Positions 56,991 to 64,000 of a DNA stretch of 64,000 nt are shown here, piece by piece; the stretch's first letter is position 1; each line of letters starts with the position of its first letter. The stretch covers positions 2,240,001 through 2,304,000 of the forward strand of contig OZ251997.1 in NCBI GenBank assembly GCA_965247095.1. Direction: 5' to 3'. The position numbers and the translations under genes were made by a program. The notes beneath the pieces are model-generated. The model saw only the letters and a program-made list of their open reading frames with translations. It searched no databases and was not told where the DNA came from. This stretch comes from Candidatus Multivorans sp. (GTDB taxonomy: Bacteria > Acidobacteriota > Thermoanaerobaculia > Multivoradales > Multivoraceae).

Positions 56991-59309
56991 ATGCCAACGA
57001 TCACCCACCGACTATCCCTGTCCTGCCTTCTCGCCGGCCTCGTTGCGGTCTTCGCCCTCGCACCGGCGGCGGCGCAGAAGGAGCCGCTGGAGCTCAACCA
57101 CATCTACGGACCGGACGCGCTCGACTTCTCGCCCGACCTGCCGCGGATCCGCTGGTTGCCGGGGGGCCGCGACTACCTGCAGGCCGAAGACGACACGGAC
57201 GGCGCCGGCCGGTCCTGGACGTTCGTCGACGCGGCAACCGGAGATTCAGAGCCGTTCTACGACCCTGAGCCTCTGGCTGAGGCCCTGGAAGAACAACTCC
57301 GGCTGGACCGTGATGACGCCGCCTCCCGGGCCCGGCCGGGGTCGTTGCGCCTGTCGCCGTCGACCGATCGGCTTCTGCTCGAACTCGCCTCGGACCTGTT
57401 CGTGTGGGACTTCGACTCCGAGACGCTGACGCGGCTCACCCACGGTCCCGAGGACGAGGAACTGGCCCGGTTCTCCCCGGACGGCCGAAGCCTGGCCTTT
57501 GTACGCGACGCAGACCTGTACGTCATAGGCGTCGAAGGCGACGAAGTCCGCCTGACCACGGACGGCGGCGACGACACGCTGAACGGCAAGCTCGACTGGG
57601 TCTACCAGGAGGAGATCTACGGCCGCGGCAACTACCAGGCGCACTGGTGGAGTCCGGACAGCCGTCGCATCGCGTTCCTGCAGACCGACGAGCGGGACGT
57701 GCCCCGGTTCACGGTCGTCGACCATGTGCCCTACCGGCCGCCGCTCGAGGTCTATCCGTACCCGAAGGCCGGCGACGCGAATCCCCGCGTCCGACTCGGC
57801 GTGGCGTCGGCCGCGGGCGGCGACATCACCTGGATCGATCCGGGAATCTACGGGCACACCGAGATCCTGTTCGTGAACGTCGCGTTCTCGCCTGACGGCG
57901 ACGTCTGGTACCAGGTGCAGGATCGCCGGCAGACCTTCCTCGACCTGCACCGGGCCGATCCGGCCAGCGGCGAGTCACACCGGGTCCTGCGCGAGGAGTC
58001 CCACGCCTGGGTCAACCAACTCGGTCCGCCCCACTTTCTGGAAGGGGAGAACAGCCTGGAAGGGGAGAACAGCCTGGAAGGGGAGAACAGCCTGGAAGGG
58101 GAGAACGGCTTGGAAGGGGAGAACGGCCTCGACGACGGCGGCTTTCTCTGGTTCAGCGAGCGGACCGGCTTCCAGCACCTCTACCACTACGACGAGGACG
58201 GCAACCTGGTCAGTCCACTAACGGAAGGGCGCTGGGAAGTCCGCTCGCTCCACGCCGTCGACGAGGAAGCGGGCGCGGCCTACGTCTCCGGCACCTACCG
58301 CACCGCACTCGGCGCCGACGTGCTCCGCGTGGCTCTCGACGGCGCCGGCGCGACCCTGCTGACCGAGACGCCCGGCAGCCACCGCGGGAGCTTCCCCGAG
58401 GACGGCCCCATCGAGCATTGGATCGCCAGCTCAAGCGATCTCCACACACCGACCAAGATGACCCTTCGCCACGCCGACAACGGTGAAGCCGTGCGCGACC
58501 TCGGCGGCGGCGAGGTCCCGGATCTCGAACGGTTCGAGATCTCGACGCCGGAACTGCTGACGATCACCACGAGCGACGGCGTCGACCTGGCAGCGATGCT
58601 GATCCGGCCGCACGGCTTCGATCCCGAACGCGTCTACCCCGCCTGGATCCACGTCTACGGCGGACCGCACGCCCAGCAGGTGCGCGACGGCTGGCAGGGG
58701 TCGCGCGGCATGTGGTTCCAGTACCTCGCCCAGCAGGGCATCGTCGTCCTCGTGGTCGACAACCGGATCGCTTCGGGCAAGGGGGTCGAGTCGACCTGGC
58801 CCGTGTACAGGAACTTCGGCGAGCAGGAACTCGTCGACCTGGTGGAAGCGGTCGATTGGCTGGGCGCCAAGCCCTGGGTCGACGCGGCGCGGATCGGCCT
58901 CGACGGCTGGAGCTTCGGCGGCTACATGACGCTCTACGCGCTGACCCGTTCCGACCGCTTCCGGGCCGGCATCGCCGGCGGCAGCGTCGTCGATTGGCGC
59001 GCCTACGATTCGATCTACACCGAGCGCTACATGTCGACGCCGGACGACAACCCGGACGGCTACAAAGCCGCGTCCGTCCGCGAGAAGGCGGCGGACCTCC
59101 ACGGAGACCTGCTGCTCATCCACGGCACGATGGACGACAACGTCCACATGCAGAACACTCTCCAGATCGCCTGGGACCTGCAGAAAGCCGGCAAGCCGTT
59201 CGAGATGATGCTCTACCCGAAGTCACGCCACGGCGTGAGCGACCCCGAACTGTCGCTCCATCTGCGCGAGACGATGGCGCGCTTCATCCTGAAGACGATC
59301 GAGCCCTGA
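56991..59309 (+). CDS. S9B dipeptidyl peptidase IV
   Basis: DWVYQEE, WWSPD, YPKAG, YGGP, GWSFGG, YTERYM, HGTMDDNVH, SRHG. Confidence 0.95.
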   Translation: MPTITHRLSLSCLLAGLVAVFALAPAAAQKEPLELNHIYGPDALDFSPDLPRIRWLPGGRDYLQAEDDTDGAGRSWTFVDAATGDSEPFYDPEPLAEALEEQLRLDRDDAASRARPGSLRLSPSTDRLLLELASDLFVWDFDSETLTRLTHGPEDEELARFSPDGRSLAFVRDADLYVIGVEGDEVRLTTDGGDDTLNGKLDWVYQEEIYGRGNYQAHWWSPDSRRIAFLQTDERDVPRFTVVDHVPYRPPLEVYPYPKAGDANPRVRLGVASAAGGDITWIDPGIYGHTEILFVNVAFSPDGDVWYQVQDRRQTFLDLHRADPASGESHRVLREESHAWVNQLGPPHFLEGENSLEGENSLEGENSLEGENGLEGENGLDDGGFLWFSERTGFQHLYHYDEDGNLVSPLTEGRWEVRSLHAVDEEAGAAYVSGTYRTALGADVLRVALDGAGATLLTETPGSHRGSFPEDGPIEHWIASSSDLHTPTKMTLRHADNGEAVRDLGGGEVPDLERFEISTPELLTITTSDGVDLAAMLIRPHGFDPERVYPAWIHVYGGPHAQQVRDGWQGSRGMWFQYLAQQGIVVLVVDNRIASGKGVESTWPVYRNFGEQELVDLVEAVDWLGAKPWVDAARIGLDGWSFGGYMTLYALTRSDRFRAGIAGGSVVDWRAYDSIYTERYMSTPDDNPDGYKAASVREKAADLHGDLLLIHGTMDDNVHMQNTLQIAWDLQKAGKPFEMMLYPKSRHGVSDPELSLHLRETMARFILKTIEP
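58038..58127 (+). repeat. In-frame 18-bp tandem repeat x5 (LEGENS/G)
   Basis: CTGGAAGGGGAGAACAGC x3 plus two variants. Confidence 0.95.
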
Positions 59310-59424
59310 AGACGATGTCCTGCTGCTAACCTCCGCCCGCTCTTCTCGTACAGGATCGGATGCAGCGCCCCGGCCGGGTTCACCCGCCCGGCGGCCGCGG
59401 CCCACCGTACTCAGTAACAGGCCC

Positions 59425-61683
59425 GTGCCGAGACCGAACCCCACTACTGCGGCAACCGCAGTTGCGCTCGCCCTTCTGGCGGCCATGCCGATCGCCGGGC
59501 TGCAGGACCAGGCCCTGAGCAACGAACGCCCAACCATGGCCGCGACCCGCGTCGACCAGGGCCCCACCGTCGATGGCGATCTCAGCGACCGCGTGTGGCA
59601 GCAGTCCGAGGTCGGCACGGACTTCATGCAGCACGAACCCCTCGACGGCGTGCCCGCGACCGAGCAGACCGAAGTCCGCGTCGTGTTCACGGACAGCACG
59701 ATCTACTTCGGCATCACCGCGTTCGACGCGAACCCGGACGCAATCATCGCCAAGGAGATGGAGCGGGACTCCCGCATCTTCCAGGACGACTCGCTCCTGC
59801 TGCTGCTCGACACCTTCCACGACCGCCGCAACGCCTACGCCTTCGAGACCAACCTGAACGGCGCCCGCACGGACACCCTGGTCACCGACGAGGGCCGCGA
59901 CCTGAACCTGGAATGGGACGGCATCTGGTCGGTGGCGTCGCGTCGAACCGCCTTCGGCTGGGCGGCCGAGATCGCGATCCCGATCTCGACGCTTCGCTTC
60001 GACCCGCAGGCCCGAGCCTGGGGCTTCAACGTCCAGCGCTACATCGCGCACAAGCGCGAGATGACGCACTGGTCCGGCCTGCCGCGCGAGGTCAGCACGC
60101 TGGGGCAGGCCGGTTCCCAGGTCCAGCCCGTCCATCGCGTCTCGATGGCCGGCGAACTGACCGGGCTGACCGGGATCTCGCAGGCGGCGCAGCTTCAGAT
60201 CAAGCCCTTCGCGGTCGGCAACCTGAGCGAGGACCCCCGGCTTGACGCCGATCCGATCTCGGACGGCGACGCCGGACTCGATCTCAAGTGGGGCGTGAGT
60301 CGTTCCCTGGCGCTCGATCTCACCTACAACACCGATTTCGCCGAGGTCGAGGTCGACCAACTGCAAACGAACCTGACCCGCTTCTCGCTCTACTTCCCCG
60401 AAAAGCGCGACTTCTTCCTGGAGAACGCCGGCATCTTCGACTTCGGTCCACCCCACCGCGAGTTCTTCCGCCCGCCCGTGCTCAAGGCGTTCTTCTCGCG
60501 CCGGGTCGGCCTCAACGATGGCCGGCAGGTACCGATCGACTGGGGCGCCCGGCTCACCGGCCGTTTGGGCGGCTGGAACCTCGGGGTGCTGCGGGTCGCC
60601 ACCGCCGGCATCGCGCAGGATGACGGCGACCTGCCCGCCAACGCCTTCACGGTCGCCCGGCTCAAGCGCAATCTGGGCCGGCGCTCGACAGTCGGCGCCA
60701 TCGTCACCGAGGCCGCGCCCGAGAACGAGGACGCGAACCGCGTCGTAGGCCTCGACTTCGACTACAAGCCCACGACGAAGCTGAGCCTCGGCGGCTTCTG
60801 GACCAGCAGCGGCTTGAGCGAAGAGCCGGAGGGCGCCGAGGCGAGCGACTCAGCCGACACCGGCGAAGCCGCCTACGGTGTCAACTTCGACTACCAGGGG
60901 CGGGCGCTGACGGCCTCGATCGACGCCCAGGAGATCGATGAGAACTACCGCCCGATGGCCGGCTTCCTGCTGCGCAAGAACGTCCGCCACCTGAATCCTC
61001 AGATCCAGTGGCTGCCGCGGATCGAGCGCGGCTTCATCCGTTCCTGGTTCACGGAGATCCGCTACGACTACTACGAGACGCTCGACGAGGGCGAGTTGGA
61101 GTCCAGCCGGCTGGAGATCTCGCCGATCGGCATGAGGACGACGACCGAGGACCGCTGGCGACTGGCCTACGTTGGCGAGGAGGAGAACCTGGTCGAACCG
61201 TTCGAGATCGCGTCCGGCATCGTCATCCCGCCCCGTCAGTACGAGTTCGACGGCGTCGAGCTCGCCATGTTCAGCAACCAGAGCCGCCTCATCGGCGTCC
61301 GGGGCCTGTTCGGCTGGGGCGACTTCTACGACGGCACCCGGACCTCGGTCCGCTTCACGTTCAACGTCCGCGCCTCAAAGCATGTGCAGACCGAGAGCCA
61401 ATGGATCTACAACGATGTCGAACTGCCCCAGGGCGCGTTCGACATCGGGCTGTTCAGCCAGCAGTTGGATCTCACCTTCACCCCCAACCTGCGGCTCAAC
61501 ACGATCGTCCAGTACAACGACGACTCCGAGGACCTGGGCCTGAACGTCCGCCTGCATTGGATCTACAAGCCTGGCTCCGACCTCTTCATCGTCTACAACG
61601 AGAACTGGATGGAGGGGGATCTGCAGCGGTTCAGCACGCACCGCCAGATCGCGGTCAAGTTCACCTACCTGATCCAGCCGTAG
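59425..61683 (+). CDS. CBM9-like + DUF5916 outer-membrane protein
   Basis: DGDLSDRVW, EWDGIW, NTDFAEVEVD, RFSLYFPEKRDFFLE, FFSRRVG, KFTY C-terminus. Confidence 0.88.
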   Translation: MPRPNPTTAATAVALALLAAMPIAGLQDQALSNERPTMAATRVDQGPTVDGDLSDRVWQQSEVGTDFMQHEPLDGVPATEQTEVRVVFTDSTIYFGITAFDANPDAIIAKEMERDSRIFQDDSLLLLLDTFHDRRNAYAFETNLNGARTDTLVTDEGRDLNLEWDGIWSVASRRTAFGWAAEIAIPISTLRFDPQARAWGFNVQRYIAHKREMTHWSGLPREVSTLGQAGSQVQPVHRVSMAGELTGLTGISQAAQLQIKPFAVGNLSEDPRLDADPISDGDAGLDLKWGVSRSLALDLTYNTDFAEVEVDQLQTNLTRFSLYFPEKRDFFLENAGIFDFGPPHREFFRPPVLKAFFSRRVGLNDGRQVPIDWGARLTGRLGGWNLGVLRVATAGIAQDDGDLPANAFTVARLKRNLGRRSTVGAIVTEAAPENEDANRVVGLDFDYKPTTKLSLGGFWTSSGLSEEPEGAEASDSADTGEAAYGVNFDYQGRALTASIDAQEIDENYRPMAGFLLRKNVRHLNPQIQWLPRIERGFIRSWFTEIRYDYYETLDEGELESSRLEISPIGMRTTTEDRWRLAYVGEEENLVEPFEIASGIVIPPRQYEFDGVELAMFSNQSRLIGVRGLFGWGDFYDGTRTSVRFTFNVRASKHVQTESQWIYNDVELPQGAFDIGLFSQQLDLTFTPNLRLNTIVQYNDDSEDLGLNVRLHWIYKPGSDLFIVYNENWMEGDLQRFSTHRQIAVKFTYLIQP

Positions 61684-61728
61684 CGCCGGACGTGCCCCGG
61701 GGTCGGCCGCTCGACCGGTCCGGGCCGA

Positions 61729-62208
61729 TCAGCCCCGCCAGGCCCGCAGGCTCAAGGCCAGCGTCGCGGTCGTGCCCCAACTGAGCCCCACGACCACGCC
61801 GGCGTCGAGAATCCCCCGCCACGGCTGGTCCAGCCGGTGGACGAGGACGATCAGGACCAGGACGCCGAGGGTTCCGAAGTAAACGCCGAGCCGCTCCCGC
61901 CGGTCGCCGCCGAAGTAGCCGGCCGCGAAGAGGGGCGCGAGAACGACGCGAGCCACCGTCGGGTTCGCGCGGATCGAGATCGACCGCTCCGCCACCCGCG
62001 GCGAGAAACGCAACTGGAATCCGCGCACGCCCTCCGACCACGCCATGAGGGGGATGATGGCCAGGAGCGCCGCCCAGTGATACCAGGCGAACGGGTGGTC
62101 AAAGGCGGCGATCGAGATCCTCCCCAGCCTGTAGATCGCCCACCCCAGCAGGCCGACGAGCCCAACCACCGCCCACACGCCGCCGGCCGTCCCGACGATC
62201 GGGCGCAT
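61729..62208 (-). CDS. Conserved membrane hypothetical protein
   Basis: Hydrophobic; MAWSEGVRGFQLRFSPRV, LAPLF, QPWRGILDAGVVVGL. Confidence 0.75.
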   Translation of the reverse strand: MRPIVGTAGGVWAVVGLVGLLGWAIYRLGRISIAAFDHPFAWYHWAALLAIIPLMAWSEGVRGFQLRFSPRVAERSISIRANPTVARVVLAPLFAAGYFGGDRRERLGVYFGTLGVLVLIVLVHRLDQPWRGILDAGVVVGLSWGTTATLALSLRAWRG

Positions 62209-62263
62209 CGAGCCCCTGCCGGAACTCACGATCCGATCCGCCTGCGATTCGGCGAGCAGGCCT

Positions 62264-62614
62264 TCACTCGTCCGAGGCCAGATCCCGCCGGCCCCGGTCG
62301 CTGGCCAGGGCGGCGTGGTTCAGGATATTCCTGGCCATGGACGACGGCTGGCTGTCCGCGTTCGCGCGGTAGATCGCCGCGCGCGCCTCGTGCTTCACGT
62401 CGAGAAGGTGGCCGGCATCGAGCATCACCAGACCGTCGCCACTGTCGATCACGTAGAAGCCGGCGATGCCCTTGAAGCCGAGCAAATCCTCGGCGATGCG
62501 GCAGGAACCCGGGTAGTAGCGGTGGACCGGATGGTGCTCGAACTGGAGGTCCAGCTCGCCCCGCCACGCCTGCTCGGCAAGCGCAAGCAGGTCCGGATGC
62601 CCCTGGTCCTTCAT
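62264..62614 (-). pseudogene. MBL-fold (alkylsulfatase-like) gene reduced to fused N- and C-termini
   Basis: LLALAEQAWRG...VIDSGDGLVMLDAG joined in frame to HEARAAIYRA..SSMARNILNHAA; no HxHxDH core. Confidence 0.6.
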
Positions 62615-62915
62615 CGCCGCGGACGTTACCGCAGAACAAACAAGGGCCGGCGCTCGGCTTCTGGTTGTGGACCGGAACCACAATTCCGTCCAATAGAGAA
62701 AACTCTTGGCCTATCTACGTTCTTGAGCTAGACTCGCCGAGCTTGCACGGTGCCGCGAGGCAGGTGACCACCATTCCGGCTGTCGCCGCCATACGCTCAT
62801 AGCGGCCGCGACTCAGCTTCCCGAGACGTTCGTCACGTCACACCGTCTTCCGGGGAGCGACAGCACTGTTAGCCCGCGGCGCCAGCGGATTCAACGGGTC
62901 GAACACCCCACTGGT

Positions 62916-64000
62916 ATGCCAGAAGCGCAGAGCGAAAACCCCACCGGAACCTCACCCGCGACCAAGCCCTCGGGGCCGGCGCGCCGCAGGCGGCGCAGCC
63001 GCCCGCGCGCCAGGGCCCGCGGTGGACGTACCGTTGCGCTCCATCAACGGAGTGCATCCCACTTTCGGCCGGAAGATCGGGAAGAAGGACAGACCGTCTT
63101 CTCGAAGGGAGGCCTCAAGCTGGAGATCGAGGGCGCAAGTGCCCGGATAGCGATCGCTCCGCCGCCCGCCGGCGACGGCGCCGCCAACGTCGAACTCGAC
63201 TGGTCCAGGGTTCCGGACGAACGCATCCTCCATGCTGTCTGCGGCTGCGAACAGTTCGCTGCCGGCGCCGCCTGCGGCCACATCTGGGCATCGCTGCTGC
63301 AACTCGCCGCGAACCAACCGAAGAGCCAGCCGTCAGGATCCGGCCGTGTCTCGCTACGCAAGACGCGACCGCCGCAGGTGTCCATCCCGGGATCGGTCCT
63401 GAACGCGGTGCAGCCCGCGAGCGACGACCCGGAAGATACCTCCCGTCCGGTCCGCCGCTCGCGTCGAAGTCGCAACCGGCGGCGGCGAACCCCTGCAACA
63501 ACGAGCTGGCGTTCCGTTGTGGAGACAGTGCGCGAGGACATCGAACGGCAGGCTGAGCCGGTAGAGCCAGCGACTCCAAGAAACGCCCCGCCTCAGATCC
63601 AGCTCCTGCTCAACGCTGCCACCAGCCGCAACGCAGGCGGCCTGATGATCGACATCTTCGGACGCAAGCAGATCCCGCAGGGCGAGTTCGGCAAGTTGAA
63701 GCGGCTGAGCATCGACCACGAAAAGCTGGAAGAGTTGTTCGGACTGACAACAGACGACACCGTTCGTTCGGCGGGGAACGGAGTACTCCCGGGCGCCGGA
63801 CCGGCCATGGTCACCGCGCTACCGCCCGAAGTGCCGGCCCGCGCCAGCCGCAAGGGCAAGGGCGGCCGTGGCGGCCGCAACACCGGCCGCCCCCTCGTGC
63901 AACGGGTCTACGTGCCCATGAACTGGATCGGCCCCCTGCTACCACGGCTGAGCGCGGAGGGACACCTGTACTGGTGGGACGGCCGCTCACTCGGCGATCC
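62916..64000 (+). CDS. Partial SWIM Zn-finger protein, probably the N-terminus of a SNF2-family helicase
   Basis: Open frame to the window end; CGCEQFAAGAACGHIWASL (CxC-x-CxH); helicase domain not visible. Confidence 0.7.
   Translation, partial: MPEAQSENPTGTSPATKPSGPARRRRRSRPRARARGGRTVALHQRSASHFRPEDREEGQTVFSKGGLKLEIEGASARIAIAPPPAGDGAANVELDWSRVPDERILHAVCGCEQFAAGAACGHIWASLLQLAANQPKSQPSGSGRVSLRKTRPPQVSIPGSVLNAVQPASDDPEDTSRPVRRSRRSRNRRRRTPATTSWRSVVETVREDIERQAEPVEPATPRNAPPQIQLLLNAATSRNAGGLMIDIFGRKQIPQGEFGKLKRLSIDHEKLEELFGLTTDDTVRSAGNGVLPGAGPAMVTALPPEVPARASRKGKGGRGGRNTGRPLVQRVYVPMNWIGPLLPRLSAEGHLYWWDGRSLGD

Noticed and set aside
58038-58127. CRISPR array
   Set aside because: Head-to-tail 18-bp units without spacers, in frame within a CDS; no cas genes

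Overview
GC-rich bacterial window. The gene content (many Tat/Sec-exported hydrolases, PQQ propellers, DUF1501/DUF1549/DUF1553 proteins) suggests an Acidobacteriota- or Planctomycetota-like heterotroph; this is inference only. The backbone is exported sugar/peptide-processing enzymes, transporters and a 13-kb Planctomycete-type cytochrome c/DUF1553/DUF1501 operon. Accessory elements: (i) an IS3-family element with atypical ends splitting a K+ channel gene; (ii) a lower-GC, translationally coupled three-gene cassette (3214-5053) ending in an ADP-ribosyltransferase-like ORF, the best candidate for an uncharacterised toxin/defence system; (iii) vapBC next to an orphan N6-adenine methyltransferase; (iv) a type I R-M locus (hsdM/S/R) hollowed by internal deletions and filled with six toxin-antitoxin modules plus extra antitoxin paralogues. 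Two patterns recur: genes reduced to fused N- and C-termini or to diverged fragments of their neighbours, and a palindromic REP-like repeat read in frame inside the N-termini of three exported proteins. No rRNA, tRNA or CRISPR array was seen. Family assignments come from motif recognition by eye, not database searches.
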